Positions 10,722 through 23,981 of a stretch of 64,000 nucleotides of DNA are shown here, piece by piece. Positions within the stretch are counted from its first letter, which is position 1. Each line of letters begins with the position of its first letter. The notes beneath the pieces are model-generated. The model was not told the DNA's origin and searched no databases. It saw nothing but the letters and a program-made list of their open reading frames with translations. The position numbers were made by a program, and so were the translations under genes. Source of the stretch: Octopus vulgaris. Its lineage: Eukaryota. The stretch is from NCBI GenBank assembly GCA_951406725.2, contig OX597818.1, positions 10,912,001-10,976,000 of the forward strand, written 5' to 3'.

Positions 10722-12644
10722 TTGTAATACATACTAATCAGACCAGGAAAGTGACCTACTTTAACATTTTAGCATGAGTGACTACGAACTACTAGGTTAT
10801 AGAAATTGATCTGATAGAAAAGTATATGCATGTCCAGTATCTCCAGTCAATGCACTTAATATATGGCCTTTGTCAATCTCGCTATACTAAGTTACTGTCT
10901 AGCTGCGGAAAAATTGGAACTAGCTACAATGGATCAATATCTAATTGAAAATTTGCACTTATTATTGTTGAATTATCATCATTCAAATACCAACTGTACC
11001 TATCTCATCTTTTCTATCATGCTAATATTCAAGGCTTACTTATCTAATATATTCATCCATTTTTATGATGATTGGGTGAAACTTTAAAGGAGATTTTGTA
11101 GCTAATTGTTGCAGTTTAGACTGTGGCATGAAGATTGTTGTGTGTATTTCAACCAGCAGCTAAATCTGACAGAATCACTGTCTGGCTAAAAATTGGTAAC
11201 TTGTGTATTGATACTCATTAGGTATTGGTAGATGGCTAGGGTAGAATTAACAACTAACGGTAATGAAATGTGACCTAGTTGGAAATTCCCTTGTGAAAGA
11301 ATTGGTGGAATTTGTGCTAGAAATTCTTGCTTAGCTTGCAAAGTTACTTGTAATAAAGGAGTGATTTAGCTCTTATCCATTTTACTCAACTGAAATTAAG
11401 GTCAAGCACCAGTTTTGTGAAGACCTCTTGTGGCTGATAAAAGGATTAACTATAACTATTTTCTGTTTTATTTTATTTTATTTTTCAATATAACCATTAA
11501 TATTTCTATACTAATTTAAAAAACAAAAAAGGTAAAGAGACATAACTCAAATGTTATACTGAAATTACATGTGAAGCTCTTGTACCAGAACACAATGCTC
11601 CACCCAGCCCATTCAAAAGGAAACATTTATTTCCCTGGCAGCATGTTTTATAGCATTATATTCTTAAAAAAAAAAAAATGGTGTAGCTTCCATTAGTTTA
11701 AAAATTGTCCATTTTATCACTGAATTTTATCATTATTTTGTTTTCTTTTTACTTTTATTTTTAAATATATTCTTTATACTTAATAGGACATTTCCCACTC
11801 TTTATTTCTGACAGCCATTAAAAATATTCTTTTTAAGATTTATTTTAAGAGAAGAAACCAAAAGTTTAAAAAAGAAAAAAACTAAGAAGGTGGTAGTGGA
11901 AGGGAGAGAGGCGTAATGAAACAAAAACTTGTGGAAAGGAAAAAGAAAGAAAAAATCTGATCTTTATTCTGTTTTCTCTTCCTCTTCTTTCTCTTCTCTT
12001 TAACTTAGCTTTCACCGGAAAAAAGAAAGTAAGAAATAAAACCAACAAAAACAATAAAAAGGACAAAAAATTTTAAGTCATCATCATCATTATTATTATT
12101 TTTATCATTATCATCTTTATTATTATTACTTTTATTTTCCTTCTTGTAACTATTGTCACCACCATCATCATCCTCATCATCATCATCATTTTTTTTCTTC
12201 ATATTGAAATTTTTAGCCCATGTGTAATGCTATGGCAGGTCTATTGAAATACTTACAACCCCCATTGTCAAGATGATGAAGCAAAAGTTACATAGATTTC
12301 AATCATTAATTATTGATTAAAATCAATATTGTTTATTTCCATATATGAATTAAAAAATGCGTTAAAAATAAGAAGAAAAGCAAAAAACAAAACAAGATTA
12401 GCAAGATAGCAATCTTATTTTTACTGCAAGACAAAACTACAAAGAACAATAATGAAATGTAGTGAGAATGTTGCATTGTGGGTGAATTCTGTTGCAGGAA
12501 GGAGATTCTTATTTATATTCATCTGTATGCATTTTACATGGCAGAAATACATGTTGCTGTTGCTTAGCCTCAAGTTAGCTCCTATCAAGTTGACCTAATA
12601 TTAAAATCAGTCCAGTCATTATTACTTTTTCCTCTCTTTTCATT

Positions 12645-12840
12645 ATCATCATCATCATCATCAAATGTCCGTTTTCCATGCTGGCATGGGTTGAATGACT
12701 TGACAGGAGCTGGCAAGCCAGAGGACAGCACCAAGCTCCATTGTCTGTTTAGGCATAACTTTTACGGCTGGATGCCCTTCCTAATGCCAACCACTTTACA
12801 GAGTGGACCAGGTGCTTTTCATATTGCACCAGCACTGATA
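12645..12840 (-). mobile_element. RTE 3'-end fragment with (GAT)n tail
   Basis: (CAT)n then GTCCGTTTTCCATGCTGGCATGGGTTG..GGCTGGATGCCCTTCCTAATGCCAACCAC, the reverse complement of 9410-9593. Confidence 0.8.
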
Positions 12841-13319
12841 GGCCAGCATGTCCTCCCAACTAAAGACAGCAGTGTGTAGAGTGTGGTTTGAGGGAGATGT
12901 GGCTGTTGTTTCTGGCAAGTTCAGTAACCACAGATGCTTCCCCAGCTGATCATAAATTGATGTTAATGTGGTTGGAGTTATAATTGTAGTTTACTATACA
13001 GTCCACATAGTTCTAGATTCGATTATGTTGCTCAAATCTCCAGCATATGTTATTTACCATAGCCTTTGATCGACTCTTGTAATTATTAATGAGATTCACT
13101 TGGAAAAAACTGAAGAAGACCATACCTATTCTTGGGTGGTAAATCTTGCCTAAGGTGTCTTTCCATTTCCTCCTTTTGCTGTGGATAAACAAAATACAGA
13201 TCCAAGTACTGAGCCATTTTCTCCTCTCTTTTCCCTCCTTTTGGTATTGGCTACATTTAAGGGGCTGAAAAAGTACATTGACATTGCAATCCCACCATCT
13301 CTCTGTGAACACACTAAAA

Positions 13320-13354
<35 letters not shown>

Positions 13355-13644
13355 GTGGTAAACTGTCTCCATCGTTAGCACTACCACCTGCCTCTCGAGT
13401 GCATTTAGCAGAGTCCATTCTCTTATAAGCTTTCGAACAAATCCTCATATTCCATAAGTTATGGTTTCTTCCTCTCTTTCGCCAACCAAAACTCAGTGAT
13501 CCTACCAGAAAGTACTGGGTTCTGCCCAAGGAATACAAATACAATATTGTGCTGCAGTTGATGTTTTCAATATTTGCTTAAATATAGAAACAGATGATTG
13601 CACTTTAATATAGAGTTCAGTTTATTTATTCATTTTATATACTG

Positions 13645-13800
13645 ATTTCAAATTTTGGCATGAGGTAAGTCGATTACATCGGCCCCTGATAATTATTTTA
13701 TTGACCCCGCAAAAGGATGAAAGGTAAAGTTGGCCTTGGCGGAATTTGAACTCAGAACGTAAAGACAGATAGAAATACTGCTCAGTATTTTGTCACCTTG
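13645..13800 (-). mobile_element. SINE family B copy (partial)
   Basis: AAAGGATGAAAGGTAAAGTTGGCCTTGGCGGAATTTGAACTCAGAACGTAAAGACAGA shared with other family B copies. Confidence 0.75.
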
Positions 13801-13804
13801 CAAC

Positions 13805-14030
13805 TTTCAGCAACTATCAAGACATGAACATGGACTTAAATCAGAAACAGATGGCTTCATTTTATCAGCTCTTAAGCAATCACCAAGCCAGCATTTTAAA
13901 CGTGGTGCTGTTTCTGTCTACCATTTTTATGGGAAAACCACATTTGAGCCCCCCACTATCTCCGGCTACTCCATGTTAACCTCAGCGGAGTATACTAATT
14001 GCCATGATTAATATCAATGTTTGCCAAATC
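13805..14030 (+). mobile_element. R4/Dong-like (restriction-like endonuclease) LINE remnant
   Basis: GLKSETDGFILSALKQS and TISGYSMLTSAEYTNCHD resemble LKxETEGFIxAAQDQ and HIISGCxxLAxxEYxxRHD. Confidence 0.6.
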
Positions 14031-14345
14031 ATATGTCAAAAGTGTTCTTTTGGTTATACTAAACTACATTGTTACAAAGAAAACATGGAGTCCTGTTAAA
14101 ATATGCCACAGAATATTTCGTGATAAAGCTAAAAAATTGCAGTGCTCTCTAGTTTTTCTTCGTCTTATAATATATCGCAGAATATTGTGACAGATGCTGT
14201 GCAGTATAGGTTTCTTTCACTATATATTGCAATATAGCCACTGTAGAACATTGCTCAAAGTTCCTTATTAAACTTTGGTGACTCAGGCCTTGTCTCATTT
14301 TGGCTGTGTTAGAAAACACATTAGATATACTGCGGTATATAATTT

Positions 14346-14377
<32 letters not shown>

Positions 14378-17314
14378 GCAAGTGATTGTACTGTTTCAAA
14401 TAATGATAGAATTTATATGATACATGTTATGGCAGCATGTCATAAGAGAATACAACATCCAATACTATGATACTATGTTGAATATCAAGCTGTTTGATTA
14501 CTGCATACTATTAAGCTAGTCTAGAGAACAACATTGTCAAGAAAAGCCATTATAAAAATGAATAACATTTTAACAGATGGGAATGTCAGTCAAACATGGT
14601 TGAGATTTTCATTGCTTTGAGAATTCCTTTCAAATGAAGGTCAAAGTGACCTTCAAATGCTATAGGGCAGAGGGTATACTTCATAGTCACAACTATATAA
14701 TTACTACCACAAGCATTACCCTCCAGTTGCCGGTACTATAACTACTATTATCACCACCAAAGTTACCAACTATCCTATTACTATCGCTAATCCCTCTCTT
14801 CTATTACCATCATCATGGTGCTGGTGCTACTATTACTGCTGCTCATGCCAACAAGGTAGACCATACCGGGGGTCACTCATTCTGGTAGAATCTCTCAATA
14901 TATCTTGCTGTTTTAAAAAAAAAAAGAAAAGAAAGAAAGAAAACATTCAACATTACAGCTTTGGACACCCTGTATCCAAATAACAGATGGGTTAGTCATA
15001 GCTGGTACTCTATCCTGAATAGCTCCACTTGATCATATACAGTTCTTCAATCTATCTCAAAGAGTTTCGGGATCCTTAAAAGTAAGGCTTTATAAGCCAA
15101 TAGCTGTAAAGTGATCCTCAAACCACATTCTCTTATTTTCAAAAAGGAGAATGTCACACTCAAAAATATAGCCCTAGATATACTTTGTCTGAAAACAAAT
15201 ATGTATTGGTTATGCCTAGAACATTTCATTGTATGAATTTTGTGGATAATTGCTGACATAGCTCTTAACAGTGAGTGCAACATGACTAATTGTTACTTTT
15301 GATGATGTTTCGAAACTTCTGCTTCTATATATATGAAATGAATATTCATGTATGTGTGCATGCATGTGTGTATGTGTGTGGAGGGGTGTGATAGATATAG
15401 AATTTTCTTGCCCTTGTGTTGAAAATACCAGTGTTGTTATTTAGACCGTTGTTGGTCTTGATCCAACAGACATTTTTATTTATATCCCAACTTTGAAACA
15501 AGAGCATAATTGTTTGCAGATTTCGAACAAGCTAATCACTGGCTCACTACATTTCTATTGCCAAACATGACAAGATTTTGCTTAACTTGATGCAGAAGAA
15601 ATATCTTCAGGTCTTTTATTCATTAGGCACCAATTTTTGGTTTCCTCATCACTGTTTACATCCATACTTAGAAACTAATCAGTGTACTTCCTAAACAACT
15701 CACTTTCTTCCTAACCAACACTCAGGCTTATTTTTAGTCTACTAAAATGGTCTCACAAACGAATGAGGTGATCCACTTTCTGATTGCTCAACAAGTGAGA
15801 AATTGCAGCCCCAACTCAAATCATGTGCTGCTCCCTAAAAATAGGAAGGAATCATTAGATAATCATTAGATGCACATTTTCAAAAAATGACTTGGTCAAG
15901 GCTGGAACCCCTTTGATTATTGGTTCATACAGTCAGGGCTGCTAGGGATGAAGCAGTAACAGTTACAACTAAAATCCCTTGAGTGGTCAGTGGCGTACTA
16001 GTCAAAATCATTTAGCTGCCACTAGATGGCATTCTTAGCTTAAAGGAAAAGTTTGAAACCTAAACACACCATTATTGTCATTATTACCAGCAGCAGTGTC
16101 ATTATGATCACCCTCCTCCTCCTCCTCCTCCTCCTCATCATCATCATCATCATCATTTTTATCATCTTTGTATTTTTAGTAAAAAAATTTTTTTTTTGTT
16201 TACTGCCTGTCACCACCAGCTTCACCACTACCATCACCAGGTAGCATACTTAGCAAGGTAGAAGGCCTGGAATTCATCACACCATTATAATCAGCATCAT
16301 CTTCATCAATCACTATTGTCATGTTCATCATTTTGTTCTATCATTTTTACTTAAACTATAAAGATTATACTTTATACAGTTTTTCTTGCATTACTGTGGG
16401 GTTTTTTTTATGCCCTAACATTCCCAAACTGTTTTTAGATTTAGTAAAGACTATGTTTGCTTGAAGGCTTTTATTTGAAACAAGCTTTTCAGAAAGTTAA
16501 CATTTCTCCATGCATATTTCTCTAACTTTTTTCTTTGTCCCTGGTCTGTCCCATCCATCCTCATCCATCTTAACAATGTTAAGAAATATAGGTGGTAGTA
16601 CATAGAGTGCAGTTTTTCCCTGTTTTTTTAAAAATCGTTTTTTTGTATCATGTCTCCCCTTTTCTTCACAAATATTCTACTAGTTCTTTATATGCTGCCT
16701 CTCTCTTCTAACCCCCACCCCCGCTTCTATCCATGGACAATGCCTGCCGCCCAAACTCATCTACATCCAACTTTTTTGCTGTCTTTCTGTTTGTCTATCT
16801 GTCTGCCTGTCTCCCTCCCTCCCTCCCTTCTCCCACCCTGATAGTACCACCACCACCACCTTCATCATCACCATCCCTGCTTAACTAACTTCTTCCTTTG
16901 CAGACTGGTATATTTCATTAATGACAAGTTGCTTACATTTTAATTAACCAAACCTGGCCTGCAAAATCTCTCAGTCCATCTGAGGAACAGGAAACAACTG
17001 TCTGTTTTGGGTCTGGGAGTGGGGGACTCAAAATTTCAGACCAATCTATTTGGTTCTTTATCAAAACCAAATTAAAATAAATAATAACAACTTCTTTTCT
17101 CGGGCACACAGAGCCCCTAGATACTTCTGTAGGGTTTTAGTACAAAGATGAAATAAAAAACAAAAATAAAAAAAAAACTGTGTGATGAGGAGTAAAATGA
17201 TAGGATTGACAAAAAAATAATCATACATTTTGTTGGAAATAGAAACCTAACGGCCTAAAAATTGCACACACCCTCCTGACTCAGGGTGTGGGGAAAAAAT
17301 GTTTGGATATATTG

Positions 17315-17518
17315 GCTTCAAAGTTGGGCATAAGGCAAGCAACTGCAGGGGATTGATTACCTTAACTCCTGTGCTCAACTGGTACTTATTTTATTGATCC
17401 TGAAAGGATGAAAGACAAAGCCAACCTTGGTAGAATTTGAACTCAGAATGTAAAGATGGCTGAAATGTAACTAAGCATTTTACCTATCTTGCTAATGATT
17501 CTGCCAGCTCACTGCCTT
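17315..17518 (-). mobile_element. SINE family B copy
   Basis: CAACTGGTACTTATTTTATTGATCCTGAAAGGATGAAAG..AATTTGAACTCAGAA..GATTCTGCCAGCTCACTGCC. Confidence 0.8.
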
Positions 17519-17965
17519 AAGATGTGAGGAGATATTGGATAATATATTCTTAGTTCCTTTCAAAAATGTTGGATGATTCTAAAGGAAGGTGAGATATCCT
17601 TGATCATAGGTCTGTACAATTCGATATGACCTGGAACTTAACAATAACTAGAACAATGAGGTGAGGTTTGATGATGATGATGAGGATAATGATGATAACA
17701 ACAACAACAACAACAATAATAATATTAATGATTTTTAATCATGCATGAACAATTTGAATAGGAACTTGCTTATATATCAATCTCAATATTTGACGGGTAA
17801 GGTTTCTAAAATAATATTAACAATTTCTAAAATAATAATGATGATGATGTTTTCTAACATAAGCACAAAGACAAAAATTTGGTGATGGGGAACAGTCAGT
17901 TATATCTCACCCTCAGTACTTAACTGGTACTTTAAATTACACTGTATTTATTATTATTATTATTA

Positions 17966-18360
17966 TTTTGTCTTTGGTAAGTGTTATTTCCTCTTTCCTT
18001 CTATCTAGAAATCAAAGGAAATGACTACTATTCCCTTCAAACTTTGCTTTTGTAACTTGGACATCAATGTTTTCAAATTTACCTATTTTCCATTACATTT
18101 CAAACAAATTTTGTGCTGAGTTGCTGAAGCAGAATTTTCTAAAACTTTCTAAAAGTTTCAAGAATTTCTAGAACATTCTGGCAACATAAATGGCAGTATA
18201 AATACAGAAATCATAAGCTCAACAGTTCAGCTTTTTACTTCTAGCTGTCCAAGTGGAGACAAATTTGAAGAAAGTAAAGTTTGAAGGAACTGTTAGCTCT
18301 TTTTCATACTTTCTAGGGGTAAGCAAATAGGAAATGACAACTGCTACCCAAAGACAAAAA
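17966..18360. mobile_element. ~390-bp non-autonomous DNA transposon (MITE), copy 1
   Basis: TIR-like ends TTTTGTCTTTGGTAAGTGTTATTTCC / GGAAATGACAACTGCTACCCAAAGACAAAA; inverted second copy at 58957-59315. Confidence 0.75.
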
Positions 18361-18721
18361 TTGTGTTACATAATGTTATCAACCCTGGAGGATGGAAAAG
18401 TAAAGTGTAGCTTAGTGGGAATTTGGTTCAAAACAAAAAAAAAACTACGAGGCATTTGTGTGGCACTAATAATCTGCCAATCCACCACTTTATTAAGGTT
18501 TCTGATGTAGGGCTAAGGCTAGTAATTTTAAGGGGAAGGGATTTGTGTTGGTACCACCAACCCCTCTACTTGATTAGTTTTTAGTTTATTCACACTGAAA
18601 GGATGACAGCCTCTGTAGGGTTTGAAGCCAGAAAGTAAAGAGCTGGAACAAATGCTGCAAACCTTTTTTTCTAACTCTTGAATGAGTTTGGGTACAAGGC
18701 CAGAGGGAAGGAATAATCTAT

Positions 18722-19706
18722 TACAAAGGTCAGCTGAAAAGTTTATAGGCTGACCAGGATACTCTCATGGGATGTGACCAAATGAGGTTTAGTTTTCAAC
18801 ATAATCCCCCTTGCAGCCCACACACTTCTTCCATCTGTGTTGTAGTCCTTGGATCTCATTGGTGAAGAAGCTTTCATCTGGTTGATAAAAAAAAAATCAA
18901 CAGATATGACATCATCATCCCTGCAGTACTGGTTCCCAGCCAAGTGTTTTTCATGTTAGGGAACAGATGAGAGTCAGATTGGGCCAAATTAGAAGAATAG
19001 GGACAGTGATCAACCAGTTCAAAGCCACAGTCACACTCACCAGCCATTGAAACCAAGGACTTGCATGCTGTAGCCTTGTCCTAATGAAGCAAGACTCCTT
19101 TTGTCAGTTTTCCTGGGTGTGTGGTCTTGATAGCCCTTCATAACTACTTCAGCAAGATAAGGTGTCAGAAGATGTGGCATCCACTGACCAGAAATGTTCG
19201 TCATGCCAAGTTCATTGTACAAAATATTCTCAACTCTCTCACAGTATATGTATGCTAACACCAGTGACTATTTGATTTCTAGTCAATTGTCTTTCATCCA
19301 TCATCATATGGTGAACACAATCAATGTTTTCTTTAGTGGTGGTAGTTGCAGGATGTCTGTCTCTTATGTCATCTTAAAGACTCTCTGTTCTCCTCCTAAA
19401 TTCAGCTGCCCATTTTTGCAATGTTGATAAAGCTGGGGCATCATCCCCTAAGGTAGCAGTCATGTCAACATGAATGTCCTTGTGGTAAGGCTTTTTCTGT
19501 AGGTACTTAATAACATCATAATGTCAAATTTTGTTTATTTTCAAGAGAAGTCACTACTAGTTACTTATGAAGTGTTCTTTGAACAGCCAGATGTCAGTTT
19601 TCCTGGAAAGAAATGATGCAGTTGAAATTAATGTATGCAGTATTTCACAGGTCTAGCATCACTCCTTCATACTCAGCTTATGAGCTTTTTTCAACCCACT
19701 TTCATA
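18722..19706 (-). mobile_element. Internally deleted mariner element
   Basis: GQWMPHLLTP (WVPHLLT) and HCPYSSNLAQSDSHLFPNMK (YSPDLAPSD) fragments; degenerate TIRs TACAAAGGTCAGCTGAAAAGTTTATAGGCTGA / TCAGCTTATGAGCTTTTTTCAACCCACTTTCATA. Confidence 0.8.
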
Positions 19707-20345
19707 CATTGATTTTAGAACCTGATTGGTACTTATTTTATCAACTTCAGAAGGATGAATGTCAGAGTTTAACCTTGGTAGGATTTGAATCCAGAATGTA
19801 GAGGTTTGTGACTCTAGTGATTTCTCGTATTTGCAACAAGAACAACAGAGAGGGTTACATAACAAGGATAAATTACAAGTACTGCTCCTACCTTGCCTAT
19901 ATTTGTGTGTGCATGTGTTTGTGCACAAAGTTACTACACCACATATTGCCTCCCACCCAGAATCTTCCTTTCAACAATTCACACACTCCACCACATTACA
20001 TCCCTTCCTATTCTACCCTAACATACTACAACTTTTTAAATATATCCTTATAAAGTAACTGCATCACTATCTACTGTGTCTGCTTACTCTAATGTGTGTG
20101 CCAGGTATCTCTCTCTACCTTGTTGGGTCTGCTCTAAGCCAGCAAGTCTATGAGTAAGTAAAAGCATTCTAACCATAATTTTTGTCTCTCTCGCCCCCCC
20201 CCCCCCTCCCCAAGTATGTATCTGTTGTGCTTTCATTTTTGTATTTGGTTTGCAAGATTCTTTATGTAAATTCAGGATTTGAAACAAATTTTATTGTATC
20301 TAGGGAGAGTTATTGTGTCTATATAATTAACACACACACACCGAG

Positions 20346-20619
20346 TCAATTCCACTCATTTATTGAATATCCAATTGTTTTGTTCTTGTTTGTCAAAACT
20401 CTTTCTTTGCTTTTTGTAATCTTCTCAGTGACTATCGACTCAGTCTGTTAAAGACAGCACGTTTGTTACACATGCAACAAAATCTCAAACAGACAAATAA
20501 AAGTGCCCTCTATAAGGGATTGAGTTGATAGTCACTGAGAAGGTTGCAAACAGCAACGAAAGAGCTTTGATAAAAACAAAGACAAAAATTGAATATTCAA
20601 TAAATTGAGTGGAATTGAG
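20346..20619. repeat. Long inverted repeat (fold-back/MITE-like), ~100-bp arms
   Basis: 20346-20445 is reverse-complementary to 20518-20619 (e.g. CTTCTCAGTGACTATC / GATAGTCACTGAGAAG; TCAATTCCACTCA / TGAGTGGAATTGA). Confidence 0.85.
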
Positions 20620-21119
20620 CCAATGTGTTCTAATGTCTCTTATTTTTTATTTTTTTTTGTGAAGGAAATTTAGTTGCTATTTTTAGCATGTTGGGCAACT
20701 TCATGGTGGCTTCTTTGTTGGCTTGTCTTCCTTCTTGCTATTCTTTAAGGTAATGGGGAAGGTGGTACGTTGTCTGTTCACATTGCTTAGTTTTAAAAGA
20801 GCCTGGAGCCAAGCTAAGCTATGGATGAATGCAATCAGAGTGACTGCAGAATTTTTGTTATTGTGAACAAATTTCTACTGAAAATGAAAGGTCATAGGTG
20901 AACATTTACTGCCTCTGCCTCTGGGTCTTTCCTTCTACTTCCTCCTTTCTTAGCAGAAATTACATTATGGAAGTGATTTCCTTATAGACACTAACAAAAT
21001 ATCTTGTCAACTTTTCTTCATTCAAGACAGAACATGCTTCCACCACATGTGTTTTATTTATTTTATCCTCACACACACATACTTTAGTACTATCGAGTCC
21101 ATCAAGGGAGCCATGAGGT

Positions 21120-21930
21120 GGCAGTTCAAACTGTTAGAAATAGGTATGTGGAAGTTTGAAGTACTAGAAATCATGTTCTTTGTTTAGTACTTTGAAATAG
21201 AACCACTATATAGTTATTCAGAGTGGTAGAAATGACAGTCAAATCTCCTTCAAATCATATTCTTTCATCTTAAGAAAAGGATGTATTAGATAATGTAGTC
21301 ACAAATACTGAATTTTCAGAAAAAAAAATGTAATGGTCATAGCTAGAATGTTTTTGATCACAGATTTGCTTTTACTTAGTCCAACTTAGATGTGTTGTTG
21401 TTTAGCCCCAGGTCTTCACTTATGAAGCAGACCTATGATCTGAGCATTCTTACCAACACAATCCCATTCTTATATGCAGAGAATGCAGGACTGTATTATA
21501 AGATGTGTTCTTTTCTAAGACTGCAGGGTGCAAAGTGAGGGATATTTGTATGTCCTTGCACAAGGACACAACACGTCGCTGGGAATTGAAGTCACAACCT
21601 TACGATTATGAGTGGAATACCCTAACCACTAAGCCATGCACTTTCTGTTGTTATGTAAACATAGTGAAATTCTGCATAGATAAATTTGATTACTGGAATA
21701 CTTTGAAAAGATTTTCAGATTCAGCAGCCTAGATGGGCAGCTTATTATTGTTTATGTTTAACCCCACCAAGTGAACCCTGACTGAGCAGATCCCTAGTCT
21801 AAGCTTTGCATATCTAGAATTGTATTATATTATTCACTTTGACCTTCTCCTTTTTAGGATGGCGTATTTCAAGGGAGATTTTGTTACTATTGTCAGTAAC
21901 TGACCACATCTGCCCCCAAGAGATTCCTTT
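21120..21930. repeat. Cluster of an abundant unclassified ~200-bp repeat (family D)
   Basis: Consensus-like TTGTTGTTTAGCCCCAGGTCA..GAGCAGACCTATGATC..GAGATTTGGCTGCTATTTCTAGCAG; diverged copies also near 12555, 14940, 15800, 17540, 22600, 29170, 36120, 37300, 40280, 40520, 50170, 60085, 61350. Confidence 0.6.
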
Positions 21931-22277
21931 CTTGATGGACACAATTATGAAATATCAAGAGAGTAATCATTTCTGGGACAAATTTAACCGCATGCTCACC
22001 CTTTCTCAGCTGTAACTATTGCTCTATATGTCATAATGCTTTCATTGCTATACTTGTAATTAAATACACAGCATATGTGTTTCATTTAATTTTGAAAATA
22101 TTCCAGAATTGGAAGGAATTAGTAAAATACTACTGAAAAGCTGTGTCATTATAAGACTTTGGAAATAAATTAATGGAAAGTTTGTAATAAAATTCTGGTG
22201 GAAAGATTTAATCTAAATATGAGCACTTTGAAATAAATTTTATATTTGAGAACCAGCAGATTTGTGTTGAAAGAATA

Positions 22278-22503
22278 TTAACCCTTTTGTTACCATATTC
22301 CTTTCAGCATGAACTAACTTTGTTTCAATTAATTTTGAAAATAATGAAGAATTTAGTAAAATATCTTTGACATTATTAAGCTGGTTTTTGAAACATAAAT
22401 TAACATGGAATTTTGACGGTAAATTTAATTTAGTTCACTTTAAAACAGAATTTGTAACATAGAAACAGAGGTGGTTTCAGGCAGGTTGGTACTGAAAGGG
22501 TAT
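22278..22503. mobile_element. piggyBac-like MITE
   Basis: TTAA-CCCTTTTGTTACCA ... TGGTACTGAAAGGG-TA ends; a related decayed copy lies immediately upstream (~22050-22275). Confidence 0.6.
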
Positions 22504-23465
22504 GACATTTGACAGTTAGTATAAGTATTTGGCTTTCATATTGAACAAGTTGGGTGATTATGCTGAGATTATCTTAGCTTTGGTCATCTGAATGATATAT
22601 TATTGTTGTTTGAACCCTAGGTCAATCTCTAGTGGAACAGTCCTTTGATAATCCTACTTTACTTTCAAGTTATAGTGTATTTAGGACTACGTCATCCACT
22701 TTGTCCACTATCCTCTTTGTTTTTAAGATGTAAGGATATGATCTGAGGTAGATATTTGGTTGCTGTTTGTAGTAGATTGAGTAACCATGTAGACTGGCCT
22801 TCATTGGGTCAGTGACTCCAATGTTTATTCTCTTCATAATGTGTCCTTTCAGGAAAGCCATTTCAAAACAGTATATCCAATTATCTAGCTTATTAAGCTT
22901 GCAGAGAGAAAGAGAGAGAAGAAGAAGAAGATACAAAGGAAGGGAGGGAGAGAAAGGCAGTAGAGTGGAGAGAAGGAGGGTGTCAATAATGAAGCAAGAA
23001 TAAAGTTTGCTGTCAATTAATTGAAATAAATGCTTGACAATTAGAAAGAAACAAATACATTATTCAATGACATTTCCAATTTTCTTCTTCTGACTTGTGT
23101 ATGCCTCTGCATGTACATGTGCATGCATATGTAAGTATGTCAGTTTTTGGAAATGTAAAGTAGTTAACTGCTGTCTTCATTCCTGCATACTTTCAATATC
23201 ATCATCATCATCATTTTGCATCTATTTTTCCATGCTTGCATAGTTTAAATAGTAAATGTGTAACCATCATCACCATTTTCCATTCACTTTCCATACTGGC
23301 ATGGGTTGAACAGATCATTGTGGCTGGAATCAGCACATATGCAAGAATACTGATCACCTAGATAAGTCAGAGGGGCACATTTTATTCCTGCTTAATTTTT
23401 GGTTTAGTTTTTATGGCTGAATGCACTTTAACACCAACTGTGTTATAGAATGCGTTTTTTATTCG

Positions 23466-23648
23466 TCTTTTATTTGTTTCAGTCATCAGACTGCAACCAT
23501 GGGTCACCACCTTGAAGAATTTTACTCAAACAAATTGACTCCTGCACCTATAGTTTTTTTAAGTCTAGTACTTACTCTATTTGTCTGTTTTGCCAAGCCA
23601 CTAAGTTATGGTGACATAAACACACCAACACTGGTTGTCAAATGGTGA

Positions 23649-23702
<54 letters not shown>

Positions 23703-23750
23703 ACACACACACACAGACTTCTTTCTGTTTCCGTTTACCAAATCCATTCA
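23466..23750 (-). mobile_element. SINE family A copy (head missing) with central (CA)n
   Basis: TCTTTTATTTGTTTCAGTCAT..CTAAGTTATGGTGACATAAACACACCAACACTGGTTGTCAA..CCAAATCCA. Confidence 0.8.
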
Positions 23751-23751
23751 C

Positions 23752-23981
23752 TCATAAAATGTTTTGATTTCAATGTATTTATTGTAAGAAATAGCTAGGT
23801 TTCTTTCTCTATCATTTTACATAGTTCAACCTGTACAACTGAATGAGCGAATAACAAAATAGGTATTTTGAAAGAAGTATGTAAAAAAAATTAGTTTTTA
23901 TGCATTGAATGGCTCTGAGGTGTCCACCAGAATAAAATAGTAAACGAAGAGGTTCATAGGTAAAAAATGTTTGAGAACCAG
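23752..23981 (+). mobile_element. hAT-type MITE, right-half fragment
   Basis: Colinear with 60305-60535, ends TTTGAGAACCAG. Confidence 0.65.

Noticed and set aside
12258-12423. Minus-strand exon candidate ending ATGGGGGTT|GTAAGT
   Set aside because: Very AT-rich body with low-complexity tracts and no other support.
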